IMG/VR virus record: IMGVR_UViG_3300020027_000006
Span: 1 to 64,000 of that record
Length of the DNA stretch: 64,000 nucleotides
DNA from: a virus
Direction: 5' to 3' (one strand)
Below, in pieces: positions 44,456 to 54,123 of this stretch. How positions within the stretch are numbered: position 1 is the stretch's first letter; each line of letters begins with the position of its first letter. A program made the position numbers and the translations under genes. The notes beneath the pieces are model-generated. The model had not been told where the DNA came from. It was given only the letters and a program-made list of their open reading frames with translations, and did not search any database.

Positions 44456-47400
44456 AGAAAAATCAGCAGGCATTGATACATATAATGTAGAAGGCAAAGA
44501 ATCTAAGGTTGCCAATTATACCCCTGAACCTGATGATAACAGAAGCATAATGGAAAAACTTGCTGACCTTAGTGTAGAAAATCCAGAAGCTTATAACGAA
44601 GCAATAGACGCATTAATAGCCGAAAAAGGTGAAGATTGGTTTAAGAATCTTCGTTATGATTGGTCTATAAACGGACGACCTAAACAGTTTCCTCCACAGC
44701 CTATGGAAAAGTGGAGAGCTTGGATTTGTTTGGCAGGTCGCGGATGGGGAAAAGATTTAAGTCCTTTAACCCCAATACTTACAGTCAATCGTGGATGGAT
44801 TACATTAGATAATATTTTAGTAGGAGATGTAGTATTTGATGAGCAAGGTTCTCATACTTCAGTTACAGCTGTTTATGATACGAATCCTGAAAAATGTTAT
44901 AGACTTCATTTTAGTGACGGCACTTGTATAGAGGCTGGAGAGGGACATGAATGGGTGACTTGGGACAGACAAGACCGCAAAGCATATAGAAGGTCTACAT
45001 ACGAGGACGCTAATTCTTTTCCAGAAGATTGGGTTAATTGGAAGGTAAAACGTGTAACTGCTCGTACTTGGCTTAATAAAGAAAAAGTAGAGTCTGCTTT
45101 AGAATTATCTAAGGCTGGTTTTAGTAATAGAAAAATAGCTCAAATAACAGGATTAGGGAGGCTTGCTTTGGCTAAACACATTAAAGCTGGGCGATTTATA
45201 GAAAAACCAGTTCATGAGTTTGGAAAAAACAGAGTAAAAACTTCACAGGAAATAGTAGAAACTCTTTATCATGAGTTAGCTGACGGAAGATTAGAAACTA
45301 ATCACTGTATTCCTAATACTCGACCGTTAAAGACGGAAAATAAAATTTTGCCTATTGACCCTTATTTATTTGGTATGTGGCTTGGTGACGGTTCTAAAGC
45401 TAGTGGGCAAATCGCTACTCATAAAGATGACCTGTCTAATTTAACCTGTGAGTTGGATAAATTAGGATACAAGTATTCAGAACATAAAGACTATATATTT
45501 AATGTTTACGGTTTAGTTACTCAACTTAAAGAGCTTGGAGTACATAAAAACAAACATATCCCTTCAGATTATTTGTCGTCTTCCATAGACCAGAGACTAT
45601 CTCTTCTGCAAGGTCTTATGGACAGTGATGGTACTGCTGATAAAGATGGCTCAAGATGTGAATTTAGTCAGAGTAATGAAACACTTGCAAAACAAGTGTA
45701 TACTTTAATCGTCTCGCTTGGTATGAGTGCTCATATGACCTCTCGAATTCCAATATTAAATGGGGAAGAGAAAAAAGAAAACTGGAGAATAAGATTTACT
45801 CCTAATCTTCCAGTTTTCAGACTTCCTAGAAAACTGGAAAGATTAGATTTTTCTAGGTCTCAAATATTAAAAAGATATTGCAGATACATAATTAAAGCAG
45901 AAGAAATTGTTCCAATTCCTATGCGTTGCATAACTGTAGATTCCCCTAATTCTTTATACTTGGCAGGTGACCAATTAATCCCTACTCATAATACCAAGAC
46001 AGGGGCAGAAACTACAAATATTTGGGTCAACACACATAAAAAAGGAACTCCACCTATACGTATAGCTCTTATTGGTGCAACTACTAGTGACTGTAACGCG
46101 GTCATGGTTTCTGGAAATTCTGGTATACTCAGTATTTATCCAGATAAAGAAAAACCTGACTGGATTTCAACCAACAGAAAAGTTATTTGGCGGTATCCTG
46201 ACGGAGAAGTAAAGGCTATTGCGGAATGTTTTGCTTTAGACATCAATACTGAGATACCCACACCCAAAGGGTTTAAACTTATGGGTGATATTACAGTTGG
46301 TGAACAAGTATTTGATGAAAAAGGTCTCCCTTGCAATGTAACTGCTGTAACTGATACAGGACTAGACCATAAATGTTTTGAAATAACGTTTAAAAATGGT
46401 CAAAAAATAACGGCTGATGCTGCACATCTATGGAAAATTTCTACAGCTTCGGATAGAGATAGTAGAGTTGATAAAAGCAGAATAGTGAATTCTCAGTGGA
46501 TTGCGGACAACTTTAGTGTTCCGCATAAGGGAAGAAAAAACGATTTAAATATTTGGGTCAAATTAACAGAACCTGTATTGTACGAAGAAAAAGAGCTGTC
46601 TATTGCACCATACGTTTTAGGTGTATGGCTTGGAGATGGTGCAAATAATAATAGTTCTTTTGTATCAGAAACTTCTGAGATTCCAGATTTCATATCATCT
46701 TTTGGTTATTCTGTAACAAAAACTAAAGCACCAATGCGTTACACAATTTGTGGTCTTATTACTCAGCTTAAAGAGTTTGGACTTTATAGAAATAAGCATA
46801 TACCTTCGATTTACAAGCAAGGGTCTATTGAGCAAAGAAAAGAACTATTGCGGGGATTGTTAGATACAGATGGTTTTGTATCAAAAAAAGGTGCGATTGT
46901 ATTCTCTAATACAAATGAAGATTTAGTTGATGGGGTGTGTGAAATAGTTTCCAGTCTTGGTGGATGGACAACAAAAAAATTACAAAACCCAAAAAAGAAT
47001 CTTCCTTATAATCAAAAACCTAGATGGAAGGTAGTTATTAGAGGGCTGTATGACCTTTTCAAACTTCCACGAAAACTGGAGAGAGTAATAATTAGAAGAG
47101 TGTCCACTGATTTGCCAGTAGTTTCACTTAAAGAAGTAGAACCAACACCAGTTAGATGTATAACAGTAGACTCATCAGAACATCTATTTCTTGCTACTAG
47201 AAGCTATATTGTGACCTCAAACAGTGCAGAGGAGCCTGAGCGTCTTCGAGGCCCACAATTTAATTATGCGTGGTGTTTGATTGGAGAAACTCCAGTGTTA
47301 ATGGAGAATTTTACAACCAAACCTTTGAAAGATATTAAAGAGGGAGAATATGTACGAACGAGAGACGGGGCTAAGAAAGTATTAGCTTCTTATCTTACCA

Positions 47401-49184
47401 AAGAAAATGCTGACTTGTATGAGTTACTTCTTATGGACGGAAGAGTTATTATAGGTACAGGTGAGCATCCTGTATATTTATCAGATTCAGGATTTACTCA
47501 ACTTCAAAATATTAAAGAGGGAGATTTTGTATTATGTGCAAGTCCTGTATCAAATTCGACGGAGGAGTTTATCATCTTAGAGGAAACTCTCCTTATTATC
47601 AAACAAGTATTAGACTTCATAGAGAGGTATGGAGATACCACAACGGAAGAATCCCAGAAGGACATCATATCCACCATAAAAACGAGGATAGAACAGATAA
47701 TTCAGTTGAAAATTTGGAGTGCCTCACAAAAGAAGAGCATTCAAGAATTCACGGAACTAAGCGATTTGCGGAGTTTAGAGAGCTGGCTGTTGCAAATTCA
47801 ATTAAATCTAGGGAGCACAATAGAAAAGAACTACTTAAAAGAATTTTATTATGTAAATTATGCGGAAAAGAGTTTAGCAGCGGGTCAAAACATCCAAGAC
47901 AACTATGCTCTCAAAAATGCATGGATGAACTTAGAAACACATCATACACAGGAGAATCCAGATTATGTGCTTTTTGCGGAGAAGAGTACACTACATCAAA
48001 AAATGCTCAAAAATATTGTTCCAAACTATGCAATAACAGAGTACATGCGGACAGAGCCAGTAAACTGGTTGCTAAAACAATTAAATGTGTTATTTGTAAA
48101 ATTGAATTCAATTCAAAACGATTCAATGCAAGATTTTGTAGCACAAAATGCTCTAAATCTATACGATATGAAAGTGGTAGGCGTAAAAAAATTAGCGAAG
48201 AAATCAGACGTTTATGATTTAACTATTGAGGACAGTCATGAGTTTTTTGCAAACGGTGTTCTTGTGCATAATTGTGATGAATTAGCTGCTTGGCGTTATC
48301 AGGCAGCATGGGATATGTTAATGTTTGGTCTTCGTTTAGGAGACAACCCACAGGTCATAGTGACTACTACTCCTAGACCTTTTCCTATTTTGCTCGATGT
48401 ACTTAAATTAAAGACCAGCTGGACAACAATAGGTACAACTTATGAGAATCGTTCTAACTTAGCCCCTGCTTTTTTTAGTGACATCATAAACAAATATGAG
48501 GATTCAGCACTTGGTCGTCAAGAATTAATGGCCGAAATAATTGAAGAAGTTCCAAACGCTATGTGGAATGAGAAAAACATTGAGGCTAACAGACGTGATT
48601 ATAGTGATATAATTAATCTTCCAGAAATGTTAAGTATGGTTATAGCTATTGACCCCGCAACTACTAGTAGAAGTGGTTCTGCAGAAACCGGTATGTGTGT
48701 AGCGGGTTATGGAGAAGATGACCATTTCTATATATATCATTTAGACGCAGTATCTATGCAGCCTGATAAATGGGCAACTCGTGCTCTCAATTTATTTGAG
48801 GACTATAACTGTGATAAATTAATAGCAGAGGTTAATAATGGAGGAGATTTAGTAGAAACAGTTATAAAATCTATTAATCCTATGCAAAAAGTATACCCTG
48901 TTTATGCATCTCGCGGTAAAATTACTCGTGCTGAACCTATTGCAGCTCTTTATGAGCAAAATCGTGTTCATCATATAGGAAGATTTTTAGAGGGTGAACG
49001 TCAAATGACTACATTTAATCCGCTAGAGAACCCTCACGGTCTTAAAGATATGGTAGACGCTTTGGTTTGGGCAGTCACTTGGCTGGTTAATACTACTCAA
49101 GGTAAAAATACTTTTAAACCGGCAGTTGGGGGTTCTCGCACAAAATTATCAAATTATAGAAAAATATTTAATACAGATTTTTAA
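44448..49184 (+). CDS. terL: terminase large subunit with three inteins (about 502 aa after splicing)
   Basis: Walker A AGRGWGK|T, SAEEPERLRGPQ, Walker B YAW|CDE, VTTTPRP, nuclease IAIDPA and DMVDAL. Confidence 0.95.
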   Translation: MSKEKSAGIDTYNVEGKESKVANYTPEPDDNRSIMEKLADLSVENPEAYNEAIDALIAEKGEDWFKNLRYDWSINGRPKQFPPQPMEKWRAWICLAGRGWGKDLSPLTPILTVNRGWITLDNILVGDVVFDEQGSHTSVTAVYDTNPEKCYRLHFSDGTCIEAGEGHEWVTWDRQDRKAYRRSTYEDANSFPEDWVNWKVKRVTARTWLNKEKVESALELSKAGFSNRKIAQITGLGRLALAKHIKAGRFIEKPVHEFGKNRVKTSQEIVETLYHELADGRLETNHCIPNTRPLKTENKILPIDPYLFGMWLGDGSKASGQIATHKDDLSNLTCELDKLGYKYSEHKDYIFNVYGLVTQLKELGVHKNKHIPSDYLSSSIDQRLSLLQGLMDSDGTADKDGSRCEFSQSNETLAKQVYTLIVSLGMSAHMTSRIPILNGEEKKENWRIRFTPNLPVFRLPRKLERLDFSRSQILKRYCRYIIKAEEIVPIPMRCITVDSPNSLYLAGDQLIPTHNTKTGAETTNIWVNTHKKGTPPIRIALIGATTSDCNAVMVSGNSGILSIYPDKEKPDWISTNRKVIWRYPDGEVKAIAECFALDINTEIPTPKGFKLMGDITVGEQVFDEKGLPCNVTAVTDTGLDHKCFEITFKNGQKITADAAHLWKISTASDRDSRVDKSRIVNSQWIADNFSVPHKGRKNDLNIWVKLTEPVLYEEKELSIAPYVLGVWLGDGANNNSSFVSETSEIPDFISSFGYSVTKTKAPMRYTICGLITQLKEFGLYRNKHIPSIYKQGSIEQRKELLRGLLDTDGFVSKKGAIVFSNTNEDLVDGVCEIVSSLGGWTTKKLQNPKKNLPYNQKPRWKVVIRGLYDLFKLPRKLERVIIRRVSTDLPVVSLKEVEPTPVRCITVDSSEHLFLATRSYIVTSNSAEEPERLRGPQFNYAWCLIGETPVLMENFTTKPLKDIKEGEYVRTRDGAKKVLASYLTKENADLYELLLMDGRVIIGTGEHPVYLSDSGFTQLQNIKEGDFVLCASPVSNSTEEFIILEETLLIIKQVLDFIERYGDTTTEESQKDIISTIKTRIEQIIQLKIWSASQKKSIQEFTELSDLRSLESWLLQIQLNLGSTIEKNYLKEFYYVNYAEKSLAAGQNIQDNYALKNAWMNLETHHTQENPDYVLFAEKSTLHQKMLKNIVPNYAITEYMRTEPVNWLLKQLNVLFVKLNSIQNDSMQDFVAQNALNLYDMKVVGVKKLAKKSDVYDLTIEDSHEFFANGVLVHNCDELAAWRYQAAWDMLMFGLRLGDNPQVIVTTTPRPFPILLDVLKLKTSWTTIGTTYENRSNLAPAFFSDIINKYEDSALGRQELMAEIIEEVPNAMWNEKNIEANRRDYSDIINLPEMLSMVIAIDPATTSRSGSAETGMCVAGYGEDDHFYIYHLDAVSMQPDKWATRALNLFEDYNCDKLIAEVNNGGDLVETVIKSINPMQKVYPVYASRGKITRAEPIAALYEQNRVHHIGRFLEGERQMTTFNPLENPHGLKDMVDALVWAVTWLVNTTQGKNTFKPAVGGSRTKLSNYRKIFNTDF
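44754..45992 (+). mobile_element. intein 1 (413 aa, class-3 signature, LAGLIDADG) in Walker A
   Basis: DLSPLTPIL...GHEW...MRCITV...PTHN|T; GMWLGDG and LQGLMDSDG. Confidence 0.9.
46233..47222 (+). mobile_element. intein 2 (330 aa, class-3 signature, LAGLIDADG)
   Basis: ALDINTEIPT...AHLW...VRCITV...VTSN|S; GVWLGDG and LRGLLDTDG. Confidence 0.88.
47274..48272 (+). mobile_element. intein 3 (333 aa, class 1) in Walker B
   Basis: CLIGETPV...GTGEHPV...VYDLTIEDSHEFFANGVLVHN|C. Confidence 0.9.
47534..48217 (+). CDS. HNH endonuclease with Zn-ribbon repeats, nested out of frame within intein 3
   Basis: LHREVW...IPEGHHIHHKNEDRTDNSVENLECL..EH; three CxxC..CS..C units; GAGGGAG SD 10 nt upstream. Confidence 0.85.
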   Translation: MCKSCIKFDGGVYHLRGNSPYYQTSIRLHREVWRYHNGRIPEGHHIHHKNEDRTDNSVENLECLTKEEHSRIHGTKRFAEFRELAVANSIKSREHNRKELLKRILLCKLCGKEFSSGSKHPRQLCSQKCMDELRNTSYTGESRLCAFCGEEYTTSKNAQKYCSKLCNNRVHADRASKLVAKTIKCVICKIEFNSKRFNARFCSTKCSKSIRYESGRRKKISEEIRRL

Positions 49185-49192
49185 GGAGCGTT

Positions 49193-49875
49193 ATGGAAGA
49201 AAATAATCTGAGGAACAAGAACATGGACAAGCTGAATAATAAAGAGCACAAAGCTTGGGAAAATTATGAAAAAACCCGAGATGTAAAATATTTACAGGTT
49301 GTCAAAGACTGTATAGATAAACGAAGCAGACTCCTTGAATCTAAGAAGCCTGCTATGTATAGTGCCTTTTTCGGAGAGGTAGCATGAAAAAATTGAATAA
49401 AGCAAAATTATATCCTTTAAAAAGTAATACAGATTGTGAGAATGCTGATACTGTTCCAACATCAGGAGTAATAGGTAACGGAGACAGTATAGGTCAAATG
49501 GCTAGATGTAAGCCTATACTAAATAGGTTCACTCCGCAAAACCTTAAAAAATCTTCTAAATCTAATAAAAACAAATAATTATTTACTATTTGATTTGTAA
49601 TTAGGTTTCTTTTATATTATACTGGTTTTTTAGGAGTATTTATGGAAGAAGCTTATATTTATACTGATTTAAACGAAGTTCCTATTAAGTGGCGTACATA
49701 TAAAGGAGCCCGTCTTAGTCTGTCTCAAATAAATGACATAATGTCGTATGCCTACAGTAATAAAATAGAGTTAAACGATAATTTTATACCTGATTACGGC
49801 AATGCACGTCTTAATTTAGAGGTTAAGTATGAAATTAAGAATAATTTTTGGGTGACAAAAGAAGAGGATTTATAA
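49193..49875 (+). CDS. three small ORFs (49193-49387 TerS-like fragment, 49384-49578, 49642-49875)
   Basis: SD sites present. Confidence 0.6.
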
Positions 49876-49876
49876 T

Positions 49877-50791
49877 ATGGCTTTACTCATGAACTCTGCT
49901 GGGGCATCTGCAGCTGACCCTATACTTCGTAATATCGGTATAGAACTAGTTACTGCTAGTTCTACTATGGACATCGGAGTATTGACCGAAGTTTGGGTAG
50001 ATACGGTCGCCGGTTTTGCAGACACTAATTCTATTAAGGCTAGTCTTTCACCAGTTGCCACTGTTCTTATTAGTGGTAATGCTGGTACATATGATGATAC
50101 TACTAAACGATATACAATTACGTCTACTACAGGTCTTTCAGTTGGTGATTACCTTTATTTATCGCATGCGTCTCTGACCGCAGGGCTATATAAAATTGCA
50201 AGCATACCGTCTGGTGGACAAGTAACAATAATTTCCAATCCTCTTAATGGAACAGGGAATAAAACGGCTATTGCTTATCAGGTTGCATGGCGTTATTTAG
50301 GCATAACTGGAACATCCCCTATTATTTCATCAGCAGGGGGTCAAATAAATTATCTAAAGACTCGTGCAGCTGATTCAGCCACTAACATAACCGATAGTTC
50401 AGATACTTTTTATGTACGAGATGCTCCTAGTGGGATTAATTTTATACTTATTGATGGAAAAGACTATACTTTACAAACAACAGTAGATACAACACCTTCT
50501 TTTGGATTTTTACCCTCTTGGACAAATAAAGGAGGAGTTAGTCATGTAGAATTAGCTTCTCATTCTGTTCAAAGTGTAAACAATTTTCAATGGGGAGACA
50601 CAACTACATCTGAAAAAACTTTATCTGCTGCACTATCTTCTGGGTTTACCCTTACTGGTGGAGATGGAGTTAAATATGGTAGGCTACTTTTAAAATCTTC
50701 TGCTAGTGCGGCTGTGACTTATGGAATTGATATAAGTATAACAGTAGACAGTGCAGGCCCAGTATTAGTGTTTGGAGCCTATGGAAGATAA
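49877..50791 (+). CDS. putative virion structural protein
   Basis: S/T/G-rich beta-type composition; late region. Confidence 0.6.
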   Translation: MALLMNSAGASAADPILRNIGIELVTASSTMDIGVLTEVWVDTVAGFADTNSIKASLSPVATVLISGNAGTYDDTTKRYTITSTTGLSVGDYLYLSHASLTAGLYKIASIPSGGQVTIISNPLNGTGNKTAIAYQVAWRYLGITGTSPIISSAGGQINYLKTRAADSATNITDSSDTFYVRDAPSGINFILIDGKDYTLQTTVDTTPSFGFLPSWTNKGGVSHVELASHSVQSVNNFQWGDTTTSEKTLSAALSSGFTLTGGDGVKYGRLLLKSSASAAVTYGIDISITVDSAGPVLVFGAYGR

Positions 50792-51363
50792 TGATATTTA
50801 AAAAAGCTGATTTTACAGAAATATGGTTTAAATTAGAATCTAACGAAGAGTTAGGAGTACTTGATACCGGCTATATAGAAGATTATTATGGTGTAAATGG
50901 ACAGCTTACATTAGAAAATATTTCTACTAATACTGAATATATTATATTAATGAATGAGTCAGTAGATTCAGTACATAAAACTATTTTCATAGGGTATTTA
51001 GATTTAAGAAGTTTACCGAACGGGGACTATATATTAAAAGGTAGAGTGAGAGACGTAATAGGTAATTATACTGTCTTATCCAGATTTCATTTATTGAATT
51101 CTGGAAATATAGTGCCTTACAGTTTAACAGTCACAAGTTCTGCTGATTATGGTTCGGTAACAATAGGAGGATTAACGTTGTCCGGTGGATTCACTATGAC
51201 AGGTTCAATATCTATTAACACAGTCACTTCTACTCGGTTTGAAACTAGTGAATCTACTGTTACTCATATTGTAAGTGACATTAATATTTTAACATCCGTT
51301 TCATCTGATATGAAAACAATAGTTAAATTAAATGGAGACACGACCTTAAACGCGAGATTTTAA
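50791..51363 (+). CDS. putative virion protein (Ig-like segment)
   Basis: LDLRSLPNGDYILKGRVRDVIGN. Confidence 0.55.
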   Translation: MIFKKADFTEIWFKLESNEELGVLDTGYIEDYYGVNGQLTLENISTNTEYIILMNESVDSVHKTIFIGYLDLRSLPNGDYILKGRVRDVIGNYTVLSRFHLLNSGNIVPYSLTVTSSADYGSVTIGGLTLSGGFTMTGSISINTVTSTRFETSESTVTHIVSDINILTSVSSDMKTIVKLNGDTTLNARF

Positions 51364-51365
51364 TT

Positions 51366-51665
51366 ATGGCAATTTATTCAGAAACATTTGGGTTTATAAT
51401 AACTATTAACACCGGACAGGGTTTAGACTCTGCAACTAATTTTAGACTGCGTATAAAACCACCGACCGGCTCTACTGTAGATAAACTTTTAACTGACTCC
51501 GCTATCTTATCCCCTAAATCCGCAGGTAAGGTTGTATATGATGTAGTAGAAGGTGACTTCCCCGTAGGTGGAAAATACTATATTCAGTTATTTGATGAGA
51601 CTGCCGGAAGAAGATTAGCCAGTGCAATTTTGACTTTAGACGTAAAACAAAGCTTAACTATATGA
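51366..51665 (+). CDS. BppU-N-like baseplate/adaptor protein
   Basis: LRIKPPTG...GKVVYDVVEGDFPVGGKYYIQL. Confidence 0.55.
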   Translation: MAIYSETFGFIITINTGQGLDSATNFRLRIKPPTGSTVDKLLTDSAILSPKSAGKVVYDVVEGDFPVGGKYYIQLFDETAGRRLASAILTLDVKQSLTI

Positions 51666-53776
51666 AAATCGCGATAGAGCATTTATTCACAGGTGAAACT
51701 ACTCCTGTATCTAGCTATGATTCAACTAAAACTAATTTAGGGACACTCATAAAACAATATAATTTAGGCTCAAACCCTGAAGATAAGTTTGCTGCTCCTA
51801 TACGTGCATCGGTTGCTCGTCCGATGGAGGCTTCTACAGGTATAGCTGTAGCATATCCTTGCCCAATTAGAATGACAGATAATTTAGATTATGTGTTTTT
51901 TGCTGAAAATTTAGCAGCAGCTGTAACCAGACGCATAGTAATGTATACTTTTGATAGAAATACTTCCGACTGGGCTTGGATAGGCTATATAACTCTAACC
52001 TATCAAACCGCTACTGCTCATACTATCCGTGGATTTGAAATGACGAGAGATTTATATACAACTGGCACGGTATCGGTTAGTGGTACAGCAGTAACAGGAA
52101 CGGGAAGTGATTGGTCTATCTCAAAACTGTCTGCAGGTAGTCGTATAGGTTTTGGTTCAACTGACCCAAAAAATATTACGACTTGGTATGAAATATCAGC
52201 AATAGGAAGTGATACAGGAATAACTTTAACAAGTACTGCTGGCACAATAGGAGCTGGTGCTTCTTATATAATAGAAGATTGGCGTGCAGTTATGGCAACG
52301 TCTAATGCAACAACTACTAATGGTGGAGTATATGTAGTCAAAGGACTTAGACCAGAATTATTTGTATCTAATGGAACTGCGATTACAGCAGCTACTACAG
52401 TTGATAATATACGTGGTATTTATTGGTTGGCTGATGCAGCTACTGTTTTAAACATAACTGCAGCTGGATGTGCTTTAGAAGCTAAAACATCTTGGAGTTC
52501 TCAATATGCATATGTACTAGATACATCAGGTCGAGTTTACAAATATAATATACGAGCTTCTTTATCAGGTCTAGCAGCTGGCAAGTCAGTATCTGGATTT
52601 GTATTTAGAACAGGAGTGCAAGCTGTAACTGGAACAATGTCTCAGACAGATAATGGAGTTGTTGTAACAGCAGCTCATGGAACAGGCAACGGTATTCCGA
52701 GTCTTTACTTTGTAACCACTACTCGTGTATATAGGGCTGCTATTTCTAATATAACTGACGCTTCTACTACTTGGCTTTCTGACAATATGGTTGAAATACC
52801 GCCGGGTTCGGCCTCTACTTTTCTTCCAAATTCCGTACTCGCTTTTGTAGAGTATTCTGGTTATGCTGATAGATTTATTATCATGTCAACAGGTGCAGCT
52901 GGTGCTCGTAATTATGTTACTCGATATAACACAATATCTGACCCTATGGATATGATGTTTTTAGTTGACACTAAAAACCTTGACCATAGCCTTGCTGACA
53001 CAGACAGCCCTCCTAATCCGTCTATAAATGCTACTCCTATGACAACTTGGAGTGAAGGTGGTTTGCTTTATATATGTAGGAACGGAGCTACTATCGCTCT
53101 TAATCAGGTATATGCAATACCGATAGGAGCACATTGGGGTTTGAACATTGCAGAATCTGTTATTACCCCTGAGATAGTTTTAGGTGCAGCTACTAAACTT
53201 TATAGACTTTATGTAAGCAGTGTAAAGTGGTTAGGTTCAGGTGCTTTTAGATTACCAGTTGATGCTTTTCGTGTTTACTATCGAACCAGTGGAATAAATG
53301 ATAATAGCGGAAGCTGGACAATGTTAAATGAAGGATATGACCTTTCAGGTGTGTCCCCTACCTCCACTATTCAATTTAAGTTTGAATTTAGAGTAGTTGG
53401 AAGTTACAGTCTTACTGCTCGTATAATAGGGTTGACTGTTGTATGTGAAACAGGTGATTATTTACCTTCACAATATGCTTGGAATTATTCTGATATGAAT
53501 ACATCTGATGGAACAGTTGGATTTATTCAAAAATCTTTGTTCAGTATAACTATACCTGTCCATGAAATAAATTATTATCGTGCAGACACGGACGCTTTAG
53601 TCCTTACACAAAGTTCTAATTCTACTACAAACGGAATTTTTGAATACTGGAACGGCTCCTCTTGGGTTGCTGGTACAGGCACAGATACTCTGGAATTACG
53701 TAGAAGATTTAGACCAACTGCAGGTCTTCCGTCTGGAGTTGACGTGTACGCTAAAATTCAGACTCAGGGAGATTAA
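51662..53776 (+). CDS. tail/virion protein
   Basis: YTTGTVSVSGTAVTGTGSDW tail-fibre-type motif; T/S/A-rich. Confidence 0.65.
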   Translation: MKIAIEHLFTGETTPVSSYDSTKTNLGTLIKQYNLGSNPEDKFAAPIRASVARPMEASTGIAVAYPCPIRMTDNLDYVFFAENLAAAVTRRIVMYTFDRNTSDWAWIGYITLTYQTATAHTIRGFEMTRDLYTTGTVSVSGTAVTGTGSDWSISKLSAGSRIGFGSTDPKNITTWYEISAIGSDTGITLTSTAGTIGAGASYIIEDWRAVMATSNATTTNGGVYVVKGLRPELFVSNGTAITAATTVDNIRGIYWLADAATVLNITAAGCALEAKTSWSSQYAYVLDTSGRVYKYNIRASLSGLAAGKSVSGFVFRTGVQAVTGTMSQTDNGVVVTAAHGTGNGIPSLYFVTTTRVYRAAISNITDASTTWLSDNMVEIPPGSASTFLPNSVLAFVEYSGYADRFIIMSTGAAGARNYVTRYNTISDPMDMMFLVDTKNLDHSLADTDSPPNPSINATPMTTWSEGGLLYICRNGATIALNQVYAIPIGAHWGLNIAESVITPEIVLGAATKLYRLYVSSVKWLGSGAFRLPVDAFRVYYRTSGINDNSGSWTMLNEGYDLSGVSPTSTIQFKFEFRVVGSYSLTARIIGLTVVCETGDYLPSQYAWNYSDMNTSDGTVGFIQKSLFSITIPVHEINYYRADTDALVLTQSSNSTTNGIFEYWNGSSWVAGTGTDTLELRRRFRPTAGLPSGVDVYAKIQTQGD

Positions 53777-53778
53777 AA

Positions 53779-54045
53779 ATGGCTAATAATTTACTCTTAA
53801 AAGGATTTTATCTATTAAAAAAGGCTGAAGTTATCACTACAATTTCTTTAATAGGTGCGGACAAACAAATAGTTCAAGACATCGGTACTATCTCTGATTT
53901 AATAATGAGAGGCAAAAACATATCATCAACTTCTGATAATGACCTATATAATTATAATATACTGTATAAAGATAACTCTTTTCAATTCAGAATAAATGAA
54001 GACAGTATAAGCCCTACAATTATTTTCTCCGCGTTTGGAAGATAA
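53779..54045 (+). CDS. small virion-associated protein
   Basis: C-terminus PTIIFSAFGR resembles that of 49877-50791. Confidence 0.5.
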   Translation: MANNLLLKGFYLLKKAEVITTISLIGADKQIVQDIGTISDLIMRGKNISSTSDNDLYNYNILYKDNSFQFRINEDSISPTIIFSAFGR

Positions 54046-54123
54046 TTTAAAAATATAGTGAACAAACTTGCAATCTTTTTTAAAATGCAGTAAAGTAATA
54101 ACATATTTGTAAAATATTAGTTT

